A stretch of 64,000 nt of DNA from Eledone cirrhosa (GCA_964016885.1 OZ024740.1:228408001-228472000); one strand, 5' to 3'. Counted from the first letter of the stretch, positions 1 through 12,804 are shown. The notes: generated by a model not told the origin, from the letters alone. A program made the numbers and translations.

Positions 1-1075
1 AGAAATCACAACAAACAGCAACAATAATAGCAACAGAAATCACAAGAGAAACAACAACTATTACAACTCAAAGATCTCATCAAGCAACAACAACAACAAC
101 AACAACAACAACAACTATTACAACAACACAACAAAGATCTCTTCAAACAGCAACAACAACAACAACAACAGCAACAACAACAACAATTATTACAACAACA
201 CAACGAAGATCTCAACAAACAACAACAACTATTACAACAACACAACGAAGATCTCATCAAACAACAACAACAACAACTATTACAACTATTACAACAACAC
301 AACAAAGATCTCATCAAACAACAACAACTATTACAACTATTACAACAACACAACAAAGATCTCATCAAACAACAACAACAACAACTATTACAACAACACA
401 CAAAGTCTCATCAAACAACAACAACAACAACAACTATTACAACAACACAACAAAGATCTCATCAAACAGCAACAACAACAACAACAACAGCAACAACAAC
501 AACAATTATTACAACAACACAACGAAGATCTCAACAAACAACAACAACTATTACAACAACACAACGAAGATCTCAACAAACAACAACAACAACTATTACA
601 ACAACACAACGAAGATCTCATCAAACAACAACAACAACAACAACTATTACAACTATTACAACAACACAACAAAGATCTCATCAAACAACAACAACAACAA
701 CTATTACAACAACACAACAAAGTCTCATCAAACAACAACAACTATTACAACAACACAACAAAGATCTCATCAAACAACAACAACAACAACAACAACAACT
801 ATTACAACAACACAACAAAGATCTCATCAAACAACAGCAACAACAACAACAACAACAACGAAGCTCACATTAAAAACAACAACCTTCAAAACATGAACAA
901 CAACAACAACAACAGCAACAAAAACACCGAAGATCACCTCAACAACAACCACCACCACAACAACAACAACAACAACATCAACCTCAACAACAACATCAAC
1001 AACACCAGCAACTACAACACCAACAACAACAACCACCACAACAACAACCACCACAACAACCACCACAACAACAAA
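1..1075. repeat. (CAA)n-based compound minisatellite; unit ~CTATTACAACAACACAACAAAGATCTCATCAAA(CAA)n, grading into degenerate (CAA/CAC)n
   Basis: The unit with AAGATCTC recurs many times in 1-830 with variable CAA runs. Small indels near 400 and 720 shift frame. Runs off the window start. Confidence 0.9.
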
Positions 1076-1354
1076 GCAGTCTTTAGATGTTTTGACAATT
1101 CCACTTGAGCGTTTCTGCTTTTTGATTTATTTTTGACTTTTCTATAATTCCTTATTTTTTATATTGTTTTTCTCTTGTTGTTGTTTCCTTACTTTACTGA
1201 ATTTCTATTTAATTATAGAAGCAGGCAATATTACATACATGCACGCATCCCTACATAACATATAGACAGGACATATACACATATATACATACATACATAC
1301 ATACATACATACATTATAATATATATATATATATATATATATTACATATATATG

Positions 1355-1403
<49 letters not shown>

Positions 1404-1442
1404 ATATATATGTATGTATATGTATGTATATATATATATATG

Positions 1443-1474
<32 letters not shown>

Positions 1475-1476
1475 TG

Positions 1477-1544
<68 letters not shown>

Positions 1545-1672
1545 GAACTTCTACATATATGTATATACATATATATATATATATTTATGTATATATATAT
1601 GTATATATATATACACATATATATATATATATGTATGTATATACATATATGTAGAAGTTCTACACACACACT

Positions 1673-1734
<62 letters not shown>

Positions 1735-1783
1735 CACATATATATATATACATACATATATATATATATCCATGCATACACTG

Positions 1784-1829
<46 letters not shown>

Positions 1830-2354
1830 AAGATACATACTGTATGTATCTGTCACATATATTGACAGATACATACATACATACCTGCTTGCATATATAT
1901 ATATATATATATATATATAGGTACAAATCTCACATATTCTCACACCATACAGGCGAGATCACATTCATAGCTTACATCATATATACATACACAAGTAGAC
2001 ATAGTTGTATCTACCAGGTGCATGCAGGCATACGCTATACAAAATATCAGATGAATACATCATGCATCAATCCATTAATGCACACACGCGGGCACACATA
2101 CACACATACACACGTACACATACACACATTTATATATATATATTATAGTAGAGTTCTCTACAGCACCGTCTCATTGCTACCATTGGTTTACAATCCTACA
2201 TTTGGCTTAGTTTGTGCGATTGCACTCCAGATGCAAGTATAGAATAAAGATCATTATAATATGATATTTCAACTCTGTATATACGCATAGAGCATCTTGT
2301 TTCTTGTATCTGTTCTACGGAAATCATTCAGCAATATATATATACATAACACTA

Positions 2355-2740
2355 TACACACACGCAAACGCATGCGCAAAGAAGACAAAATAAAATAAGA
2401 TAAACAAACAAGCAAATAAATAAATAAATATATAGACAGACTGAATAAAAAATGGCGTAGACATACAACACAACAGGAGGGACAAAGAATATAACACCAC
2501 TGACGATGTTGCAGATGTGCAACGAAAGATTTATGTAAATTATGTAAACTATATATATGTGTTTGTGTCTATATTGTATCTGTATTATTTTTGACCGTCG
2601 GTCAGTCAATGGCAACATTGAGGACCGAGTAAGTTAGATCGCAGATATAAAAGACAGCGAGAAGCGAAAACCAACCAAACAGTGAGTGTGTTCTGTTATT
2701 AATTCTAAAATATTACGCAAATATGACCCTCCCCAAGTAT

Positions 2741-2746
<6 letters not shown>
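2355..2746 (+). mobile_element. Penelope-like element 3' end/pLTR fragment with hammerhead motif; same family as 45945-47060
   Basis: Colinear similarity to 45945-46127 plus 46689-46830. CTGACGA-TGTTGCA-gatg-TGCAAC-GAAA at 2500-2527. Ends ATGACCCTCCCCAAGTATAACAAT followed by (TA)n. Confidence 0.7.
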
Positions 2747-2809
<63 letters not shown>

Positions 2810-3006
2810 AATTTTAGTACACCATCAACGAAGCTTTTGGCAGCAGCCAAGCTAACGAATGCAGATTCGGTGTGCAGCTAAGCACTCAATGGAGAATATT
2901 ACCCCAGAGTTATAACATTACGTTTAGACAGCTTCAAGTTTACACAGCAAATCAAATACAGCGACCGATAGTCGGGCCGCATTGCCATAGCGACGAAAAA
3001 ACTGAA

Positions 3007-3037
<31 letters not shown>

Positions 3038-3042
<5 letters not shown>

Positions 3043-3152
3043 GGGCTTATGCCCGAAACGTCGTTCCCCACCACCACCCCACTCTCCAGAGCGTGAAATT
3101 AATAAACATTCGTTGTACTGCCTCTCTGTTTTGTTCCTGTTCAAATTTTTCC

Positions 3153-3155
<3 letters not shown>
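3038..3155 (+). mobile_element. PLE-type terminal fragment with 5'-truncated hammerhead
   Basis: (CTG)ATGA-AGGGC-ttat-GCCC-GAAA-CG-TC at 3038-3062, between (TA)n tracts. Downstream sequence resembles 44309-44420. Confidence 0.55.
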
Positions 3156-3195
<40 letters not shown>

Positions 3196-3337
3196 CAAGA
3201 ACCGAAAATGTAACTGGAGTCTTTTGAAGAATATTTATTTCCTTTTGCGGTTTCACAGTTATTAAACATTTCAAAAGTGAGAATTGTGATGGAGGGTTTG
3301 TGGTTTGTCTCGCATCTGCATGATATATATTATATAT

Positions 3338-3710
3338 ATGTTTCTACTTTTTGGCACAAGGCCAGCAATAATCGCAGTGTATTACTGGTACTTTATTTTA
3401 TCGACCCCGTAAGGATGAAAGGCAAACTTAGCCTCGGCGGGATTTGAACTCAGAATATAAAGGGCCGTAACTCTATACTGCAAACATGGCGTCTGACCCT
3501 CAATAATAATGGGTTCTGATGTATGCACAAGACCTGCAATTTTGGGCAGGGGAAATTCGATTAAATCAACCCCAGTGTGTGACTGGTACTTTATTTTATC
3601 GACCCCGTAAGGATGAAAGGCAGAGTTAACCTCGGCGGGATTTGAACTCAGAATGGCAAGGGCCGTAACTCTATGCGTCAAAGCATGGAGTCTGACCTTC
3701 TACCGCCCTC

Positions 3711-3748
<38 letters not shown>

Positions 3749-4070
3749 TGTTTCTACTTTAGGCTCAAGGCCAGCAATTACCCAGTGCATTACTGGTACT
3801 TTATTTTATCGACCCCGTAAGGATGAAAGGCAAAGTCAACCTCGGCGGGATTTGAACTCAGATCGTAAAGGGATAATAATAATAATAATTGTTTCTACTT
3901 TAGGCACAAGGCCAGCAATTACCCAGTGCATTACTGGTACTTTATTTTATCGACCCCGTAAGGATGAAAGGCAAAGTCAACCTCGGCGGGATTTGAACTC
4001 AGATCGTAAAGGGACGTAACTATGCTTGAAAGCATGGCGTCCGACCCTCTACCGATACTGCCAATCCACC
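3338..4070 (-). mobile_element. Cluster of four head-to-tail copies of the dominant tRNA-derived SINE
   Basis: Repeated TACTGGTACTTTATTTTATCGACCCCGTAAGGATGAAAGGCAAAGTTAACCTCGGCGGGATTTGAACTCAG. On the minus strand this gives B-box GAGTTCAAATCC. (AAT)n tails lie between copies. Confidence 0.9.
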
Positions 4071-4380
4071 GAATGATAATATATATATAACTTAAAATAC
4101 AAGCAGCTAAACATATAGTTTCGTCGGTACTTAGTTTCATGATGGTATCCGATTAATCTGATACCACAGCAGATTAATCTCGCGTGCACCAACAATTTTC
4201 AGTATTTATGAAAAGATATATATGCTTCTGGGGTGTTGTTTACTTCCGGTGTTGAGTTATTTTTGGTAAAGGTTTTTTGAAAATTGTTTTCTTTTCTTTT
4301 TTCTCTGATCTAGGGAAGCCATTTCTTGCAGAGTTCGGGGCTTTTCAGTGGAGCAAAGCTCGCATTATTTGGACCTATTA

Positions 4381-4568
4381 GGGTCGTGGATTGGCAGTAT
4401 CGATAGAAGGTCAGACGCCATGCTTTGCAGCATAGAATTACGGCCCTTTATGATCTGAGTTCAAGTTCCGTCAAGGTTAACTTTGCCTTTCATCCTTACG
4501 TGGTTGATAAAATAAAGTACCAGTTATGCATTGGGATAATTGTTGTCCTTGTGCCAAAAGTAGAAGCA
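4381..4568 (+). mobile_element. tRNA-derived SINE, full length, with 17-bp TSD
   Basis: A-box-like TGGCAGTATCG and B-box GAGTTCAAGTTCC. ATTATTTGGACCTATTA is duplicated at 4364-4380 and 4569-4585. Confidence 0.9.
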
Positions 4569-4700
4569 ATTATTTGGACCTATTAAGGTAAGATTTAGGT
4601 CTTCCAATGACCCATTATTTAATATTATCTCCTTATAATATATAACCAGCAATTTCTCTGCCTGTCTGTCCGACAGTGGAAACACGTGCGCGCGTGGTTG

Positions 4701-4735
<35 letters not shown>

Positions 4736-5335
4736 GCTATCCCTCTCTTTTACTCTGTCTGTTTCTCTGACTCTCACTCTTTCTCTTTGTAACACACAAA
4801 CATTCCTCCCCTCAATCGCTGTGACGAATGGGGAGTTGGAGGAGGAGGAGGAAGAGAGAGTCACTTCGTCACTTCACCTCTGCCTTTCTTTCTCTCCCCT
4901 CTCACTCCCTGTCGTCGACCACTGATTCCAACAACCAGCGTTCTAGGCCAGCACGTGACACCTGCGTTCCCAGCCATGGCACGCGCGACCTTGGACTAGT
5001 TACCATGAAGATCTAGCCAGACACAACCGAGTTCTTTGAATTTACAGACGACAACTTTAAGACTGGCTTTTGTGCTTTAACCAACTCACTGGAGCTGAGC
5101 ATATAATATATATATATATGTGTGTGTGTATGCGTGTGTGTGTGTGTGTTATATGTGTGTGTATGCGTGTGTGTGTGTGTGTATTATATGTGTGTGTATG
5201 TGTGTGCGTGTGTGTGTTATATATGTGTGTGTGTGTTATATGTGTGTGTATGTGTGTGCGTGTGTGTGTTTTATATATGGGTGTGTGTTATATGCGTGTG
5301 TGTGTGTATATATAATATATATATATTTATATATA

Positions 5336-5366
<31 letters not shown>

Positions 5367-5714
5367 ATTATATATGTATATTATGTGTGTCTCTCTCTAT
5401 ATATACATATATATAGGTTTAAGTGTGTATGTGCGTGTGTATGTGTGTGTTAGCGTGTGTGCATATGTGCGTATGTATGAGTGTGTGTATGGCATGTGTG
5501 TGTTAGCGTATGTGTCTGTATGCGTGTGTGTCTGTCTGTGCGTGTGTCTGTGTGTATCTGTGTAAGTGTTTGTGTGTGTGTGTGTACAGGAATTCATAAA
5601 TTTCCTAAAATATGTCTGTATGATTAATTTTTCTTAAAAATTATAAACTGGTTCTTCCTGTCAGAGATAATAATCTGATTTGAGAATAATGCATCTCAAA
5701 ATATGAACATGGGT

Positions 5715-5754
<40 letters not shown>

Positions 5755-5831
5755 GTCTGTGTTTGTGTTTGTGTGTGTGTTAAATATATATCGACTAGCA
5801 GAAAACCACCCACCGGGTGGTTTTCTGCTAG

Positions 5832-6358
5832 TCTATATATATAAAACTGAGGATGTCTGTGTGTGTGTGTGTGTGTGTGAGTTTGAATCCCTAAAACTAG
5901 AGAAGCACCCAACCGACTGTTTTCAAACTTTACACATGTAATACTTATGTTTCAGGGAGTGTTCTGAGCAAACAAATTTCCAATTTTCGATGCCCTAGAG
6001 ACTGCATTAGGCGGTTTAGCGATCTCTCTCTATAATTCTCAGTCTTTCTCTTTTTAGATAGATACATACATATAACGTCGCGCCCTTATAATATCTGTCT
6101 GTATGTCTGGCTGTCTGCTGCCTCCGGTTATTCTGCCACCCTTGCTCAAGACAAATCTCACACTCATTCCCCAAACAGTTGGTAAGTGCACACAACTTCT
6201 TCCTCGCGTTTTAAGCCACAGTGTTGCTTACTTACGTACCACCAGACCCTTACTTCTTTGCCAGCCGTGGTTGTGGCAATCCTATGTTTAGCTAAGGCGG
6301 TTATATATTTCACAATACCTTATAGTGGTACCCGTGCAACGCCGGGTACCACTGCTAG
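5832..6358 (+). mobile_element. Non-autonomous Helitron-like element
   Basis: 5' TC(TATATATATAAAA) followed by (TG)n. 3' hairpin AGTGGTACCCG-tgcaacgc-CGGGTACCACT, then CTAG|T at 6355-6359, the canonical Helitron terminus. Confidence 0.65.
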
Positions 6359-6533
6359 TAGTTTATAAAAAAAAAACGTCGTGTGTGAAGCTCGAATTTT
6401 CAAACTTATTAAGGAAATAAATTTATATGTAGGAAGCTAAGATGCAGAAAATAACTGCAATTACAGTCAGTTGCTATAAAATAGCTTTTAAAAATCGGAT
6501 AAAGACGCTTGGAGACAGAAAAAGGTTGCCGGC

Positions 6534-6608
6534 GGCTGTCTCGAAGAATCGAAATCCATATCTCCCAGATACCGACTGGGTGGTCTAGCCATTGAGCTAA
6601 GGGAACCC
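6534..6608 (-). pseudogene. tRNA-like sequence (decayed tRNA or SINE head; anticodon loop reads GGT, Thr-like)
   Basis: Minus strand shows A-box TAGCTCAATGG, anticodon arm CCCAG-TCGGTAT-CTGGG and B-box-like GATTTCGATTC. Acceptor and T stems pair poorly. Confidence 0.5.
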
Positions 6609-6678
6609 TGACAACATTTTACCGAAGAAGAACCACCACAACTACGACCACCAGCATCATCACCACTACCACTGCCAC

Positions 6679-6729
<51 letters not shown>

Positions 6730-7104
6730 CAACGCCACCATTACCACTACTACTACCACCATCACCATCACCACCACCACCACCACCACCACCACCACCA
6801 CCATAGAAGATATAGAAAAAGAGTAAGAGAGTGGTAAAGATATATAAAGAGGGGAAAAGCGTTAAATACAGAGAGAGACATAGATATATAGAGAGTGGTA
6901 TTGTTACAGTTGTGGGTTGTAATGATATCCTATATTGGCGATTTGAAGTTGATTTATATCTCGTAACAATTACATTTTCTTGATAAATAACAAGCCTAAA
7001 ACATTCTCCTTGTGACGCAGATTTCAAAAATGAAAACCGTTTTTCTCTAGGATGCACCGTTTCGGAGTCATTGGGAGACATACACATATACAATCTCATT
7101 TATA

Positions 7105-7164
<60 letters not shown>

Positions 7165-7205
7165 GAAAAGTATAGAAATTGTTGTAGCAAGAAGCTAACA
7201 GTAAT

Positions 7206-7264
<59 letters not shown>

Positions 7265-7267
7265 TGC

Positions 7268-7541
7268 TTTGTGAGGGTCATGCTGCCAATAAAAACACAT
7301 GCACCTGCTGGTTTTCACTTCAATTTATTGAACCGGATGGCTGTCTATATGTTGTCAAAGCTCTTTCGTCACACATTGTGACCTACTCAATGACTGGGTT
7401 TTTATTTTGTGTCTCTCCTTTGTTCTAACCTACACCATCTTGTTTCACACTAAAACCAAGATGGTGTAGGATAGAACAATATCTGTTGAAACACACGTTT
7501 TCGGATAAGAAATCTTGCAAAACAAATTAAAAAACGAAGTG
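7268..7541 (-). mobile_element. PLE-type short element with degenerate hammerhead; paralog of 42062-42357
   Basis: Colinear with 42062-42357. Minus 7354-7394 reads gtca-TTGAGTA-GGTCAC..GTGAC-GAAA-GAGC-TT-tgac. Flanked by (TA)n. Confidence 0.65.
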
Positions 7542-7737
7542 TATATATATATATATATATATATATTAAGACAGGGGGGAAGAAAAAAATGGCTTCACTT
7601 GTGCTTTCAACAAATTTATTTTCTTCACAAAATCCCAAAATAATTTTTTTCCGGATTAGAAAAAATTAAAAAAAAATTTTTTTTTATAAATTCCCCTGTC
7701 TTAATATACCTAACTGTACCAAGGATTACACACATTT

Positions 7738-7794
<57 letters not shown>

Positions 7795-8030
7795 GGGTAA
7801 ATATTCAATCATTTTGTTTGAACTGTTTGGCTTACCTCGTCTTTTTGGCTTAGGTGGCTGATGGCTTCTTGACCGCCATCTCAGTTTGTTTGGCCTTTAT
7901 AACCTATGTTTACTGCTCTGGTCTTTATTTGGTCCATGGAGCGCTTGCCAGCATAACTCGGATATTGCGTTTCGCTTTGTTTTCGACCACAGCCGAAATC
8001 CGAATCTCGCTGAAATTATATCTATATATA

Positions 8031-9279
8031 TATAGTTAAAGAATGAAGGGTAACATGGTTGGCTGTACAATAAGGGCTTTATTTAAAGTACTGACAATTG
8101 TTTCGTTGATCAATAATAAAACATATATGGTAAATAGGTAGAGAAGTTACAGATGTAAAAAGTAAAATATAAGATAGGGTACATTAAAAAATAAGGAAAT
8201 GAGAGAATGGAAAATATAAATGAATAAATAAGTGAGAGCGTGTAAGTCCATAGTATGACTGGTAGCTTAAGGACAAAACCCTAGAATATAAGATTAGCTG
8301 GTCAAAATTATCGGTAGCAAAAGCTTACAGCAACGGTATGTCCCACTGCGGGCTTTGTAATTTAGAACTACTACATAATTTAAGGTACGATGGGATGCTG
8401 CTTAACAGCGAAATAGAAAAATCAATTTTCTGTAGGCATAAAATAGCTACTAGATTCACAAACTTTAAACCACCATGAATTGAACCAGCAATCCCAAAAT
8501 TATTACTGAACCACCTACATTTTAACATATAGAATACACACCATCGCACTGCTATTAGCTATCAAACAGCCAACTGGTCACTGGATCATACATCTCTAAA
8601 CATTTCTTTCACTCTCTCTCCCTGAAACAACATCAACCCCATTAAGACAGAATAATCAGCAAAACATTTACAACAAGCGTCTATCAAAGGTCCCGTCATC
8701 CCTAGCACATAAATCTCACACATGTATCTACCAATTAATCTCTAATTTATTGTTTTTTTCTTTTATCTGCCACTACATCGGACCCTCTACACGTGTCTAT
8801 GTACATCTCGAATCTGGTTTTTCATGTTAGCACTAAACTCACCAACCAATCCTTATAGGAACACTTACTCAAAAACTACTACTACCATATAACATACTAT
8901 GTACTTAGACGCTCTCACTTATTTCTTTCTTTATATTTTCCATTCTCTCATTTCCTTATTTTTTAATGTACCCTATCTTATCTTTTTACTTTTTACATCT
9001 GTAACTTCGCTACCTATTTACCATATATGTTTTATTATTGATGTCATTGTTTTAATTATGCGCTATTTTTCTATATAAATCTTGCCTCGAGTGAATTACT
9101 ATCATATCTACGTACTCTGGTGTGTTGACCAGAGGTAAATAATGTATTGGAGATCGAGTGACGCAACCTCAAGCGATTAGCGAACTCTAGACTCACCTGA
9201 TCAACGAAACAATTGTCAGTACTTTAAATAAAGCCCTTATTGTACAGTCAACCATGTTACTCTTCATTCTTTCACTATA
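8031..9279 (+). mobile_element. Fold-back PLE-type element with long inverted arms (8031-8257 vs 8893-9279)
   Basis: 8031-8112 is the reverse complement of ~9198-9279 and 8110-8257 of 8893-9041. Degenerate hammerhead at 9112-9222. Another fragment at 20125-20260. Confidence 0.75.
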
Positions 9280-9451
9280 ATTACTCCAAGTATAACCTGC
9301 ATAGGAATTACCGCGAACTCGCTGCATAACTATGGAAGCATCTTGTTGCGTTAAACAAAGCCGTACGTTAAAACTATCCACGACGCAGAGTACTCACAAC
9401 CTCTAACTGGATTACCTATAACGATAACTTGTTATCATATATTTATATATA

Positions 9452-9933
9452 CTAGCTAAACTACTCGTCCTTTGGACGGTTCAAGTAGCTTTCGATGTAG
9501 CTCATTAAACTAAACAAAGTAAATTTGAATATATAGAAGAAAAACGTACTTTATGTAAACATGAAAACCTTAAGCACTATTCCAGCGAAATAATTAATAT
9601 GTGAGCTCGGTGTCTTTTTTGACAACAGTAAAAGCGCATCATGAAATAGAGAAGTCAAGTACAAAGAGTAAATTAAAATCCGAATGAGCCGAATTACGAA
9701 AGATAACTCTTGTCTTACTTAAAGATAACTCTTGTCTTACTTAATCATGAAAATTCACACAAATAACCGAAACTTTTTTAATGTCGATTTTTGAAAGCCT
9801 TTGTAGATCATGTATAGGTTTTGTGCAAGGAGAAGTTCTGTAAAAAATTTCAAAGAAATCGCATGGATGGTTTAGAATATATGAGCCCCCATTAAAAATT
9901 GTCCACACACACGCATACGGAAAACTTTGTCTT

Positions 9934-9945
<12 letters not shown>
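9452..9945 (-). mobile_element. Non-autonomous Helitron-like element
   Basis: ACTAG at 9451 (CTAGT on minus) with adjacent hairpin CGTCC-ttt-GGACG. The opposite end carries AAATTTCAAAGAAATCG...(CA)n...CTTTATATATATA, typical of Helitron/HINE-like non-autonomous elements. Confidence 0.5.
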
Positions 9946-9967
<22 letters not shown>

Positions 9968-11010
9968 GAGAGAGAGACATAGATAGGAATATATAAACAT
10001 AAGAATTATATGAATGTTTTTGTGAAGTGGTTTATGTAATGTAATTGTTAAAATGCCTTGCGGTTATTGTTTCCGCCTGGGTAAATAAAATAAGGACCGT
10101 TATAGTCCTGGCAGATACCTGGGTTTATTAAATATAACAAGGTATTTTTCTGGCTCGTTTTGCACAAAGTTCAAATTTCACTGAGACCTATTTTTGCGAT
10201 ACACCTAATCTGTCACCTGGTTTAATCCCACTACCTGACCGTTGGGGGTCTTTGGCGGAGGAGTCCCTTCTGTTTGAAGCTATCGGACCTAGTTTCCAGC
10301 CTGTGAATACCTTCCCTCCTCTCTTGGGGCCCTGAAAAGGGTCATGGTCTCTGCCCCCCCCCCCTTGACTAAACAGTAAATATAATTGCAATATATACAC
10401 ACGTGTGAGTGGGTACACGTGCATGTGTGTATGTAAGACAGGAACAATGGACAGGCGTGGAAAAGGAAAGAGGCAAGGAGGGAAAAAAACAGAGTTCGAG
10501 AATTTAGACAAATAAGTGGAGAAGGGTGACTAAGAAATTATAAGAAATAGGAGTAATGTGGGGAGATTAAGGGAGAGAGAGAGAGAGAGTGGTGGGTGAG
10601 GGGGTGAGGGTGGGGTTGGGGTGAGCATAAGAAACAAAATGGGGAAAACCTTGAAATCAAACGAAACATTGGTGAGAAAATCCTCGCAAGGTTACTATTG
10701 TTTGTTGAAGGGAAGGTTTAAATATATTTAAATATACGTGTTTACATTTTCTACATGAGACACCGTTACCTTTAAAGAAAACAAATACTTTTTTGTTTTG
10801 TTTATACGTGACACTATTATGTTTGTTTTTTACTAATGGTTGAATTGAAACTTGTACCAAGTTCAAATGGAGACAGTAGTGTAAGATCTTTGATCTCCAA
10901 GTTCAAATGCCAACGAGGTTAATTTTGCCATTCATGCTTTTAGAGTTTGTAACTAAATAACAGTTGAGTACCGCAGTCGATTCTTCTCCTCTGACTGTCT
11001 ATGCGTCTGT

Positions 11011-11096
<86 letters not shown>

Positions 11097-11147
11097 AATT
11101 TAGATATAGACTTTAATTTCATATCTTATATCCATAACTAACAAAGA

Positions 11148-11222
11148 TATTTCATCTGATGAACGAAATCTGACGTTTCTGTTAGAATCGTCTAGCTTCG
11201 CGAAACCTTGGGTAATGGAATA
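11148..11222 (+). ncRNA. Type I hammerhead ribozyme motif
   Basis: Stem I TATTTCAT/ATGGAATA, core CTGATGA (11156-62), stem II CGAA/TTCG with an inner hairpin, GAAA, stem III ACC-ttg-GGT, cleavage triplet GUA. The 10.1-11.1 pair is an A-C mismatch. Confidence 0.7.
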
Positions 11223-11247
11223 ATTATATTGTCTTGTTTATTACACA

Positions 11248-11279
<32 letters not shown>

Positions 11280-11283
11280 GTCG

Positions 11284-11338
<55 letters not shown>

Positions 11339-11342
<4 letters not shown>

Positions 11343-12716
11343 AAGTAAAAGCGAAGTAGTTTCAGATGTTCAAGTCCTTTAATAATAATGCTGTGATATA
11401 TATTTCAATGACGACACTGGCCACACTGTTCTGTGTGCGAGTGTCGTGACATCATCAGACAGCTTGTTACATAATAAGGTTGTTTCCGAGGCAATCCAAA
11501 TTGAAGCGACATGGGAACGGATGAAGTTCGTGCTTTTGGGTTTTTCATCCGTTCCCTTGTGAGTACCAATTCACCCCCACCGGTCTGCGCAAGCGCATGT
11601 CCGAAGGAAGTTGACCATTAGCACCGCAGATTTCAACGAAATTCGCTGTCAGTGGCCCACCTATGCCTTGCCAATATTTACTGCTACCCATCGCTAGTGT
11701 GGCAGTCAGCCGAAAGCCAGAGGGGATGGGAGGGTGTTAGTTTTTATAGGTCATAATACTACCTTTCACTTAGCGTTGACAGTAAGACTGACCATCAACT
11801 CATAAGGTAAAATAAACTTAATTCTAGGTACTATGGTTTTACATAGTAAGTTAAGAGTGAGAGTTGGGAATAAAAATTAAAATACTAAATTAAATATCAG
11901 AGATTATAAATTAAACAATAAAGAATTCAAAAATTCTAAATTCAAAAATTTTTTTCAAGTGATAATTCGGATTAAGTAAAGATATACATTGAAGTGAGTA
12001 AATAATATGGAGAGAGATGTTTAAGTCATATGTTCTGGGAGGGATTCTAGTGTTACAGATATTGAACGGCAGTGCCGGACCTTATGACGGAGGGCAAACC
12101 ACATGGTTCAAGGCATTAGTCAATCCGTTACACGGTCATACTTTCCATCACATGGAACAGAGTCAAAGAAAAACAGACAAAAAGTACACAAAAGAAAAGA
12201 ACAGAGACAATAGTGAATAAATGCAAAAACACAGAGTACATATATGTAAAATGATCCATATGATTGTCCATCTGTCCATGTATAGATTGAATTGAGGGGG
12301 GCCTCTGTTCAGAAGCGATTTGGTGCAGGAAAATAGGGGTTTATCTTATTTTTTGTTTCCGCGTATTTATCCTGCCGAAAGATACTATTACGCCCGTCCA
12401 GTGTCAGGGGTTTTTCATCCCCATGGTAGAGGGGATTTCCGGGGTAGCTCTTGGTTGGTTCCTCTCTTCTCCACCATATCGGTTACATCATAGAGCGCTC
12501 AACTAAACGGAGCTTAATTATTAGGGTAAACATTGATGCAATTCAATTCAAGCACTCAACGTACTTTTTCCACATAGGAGTGACGGAGTAAATATCGACG
12601 GAGTAAATATTGAACATCTGAAACTACTTCGCTTTTACTTATTCGATATTTACTCCGTCACTCCTATGTGGAAAAAGTACGTTGAGTGCTTGAATTGAAT
12701 TGCATCAATGTTTACC

Positions 12717-12722
<6 letters not shown>
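11339..12722 (-). mobile_element. PLE-type relic with nested inverted termini, between (TA)n tracts
   Basis: 11339-11373 is inverted at 12610-12644, and ~12520-12598 at 12643-12722. Hammerhead on minus at 11390-11463. Confidence 0.7.
11390..11463 (-). ncRNA. Type I hammerhead ribozyme motif
   Basis: Minus strand: GCTGT-CTGATGA-(stem II ACGACACT...AGTGTCGT)-GAAA-TATATA-TC-ACAGC. The core is intact and loop 3 is palindromic. Confidence 0.75.
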
Positions 12723-12794
<72 letters not shown>

Positions 12795-12804
12795 TGTATA
12801 TATG

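Noticed and set aside
1-830. Repeat-spacer appearance suggesting a CRISPR array
   Set aside because: The 'spacers' are just variable CAA runs; the context is eukaryotic and no cas genes are present.
6488-7099. 203-aa Gly/Ser-rich ORF
   Set aside because: Composed of (CTA)/(CCA) microsatellites plus a tRNA-like relic and a probable Helitron-like fragment.
10200-10350. GC-rich segment considered as an HDV-like ribozyme or RTE 5' end
   Set aside because: Could not assemble the nested pseudoknot by eye, and there is no second copy in the window.
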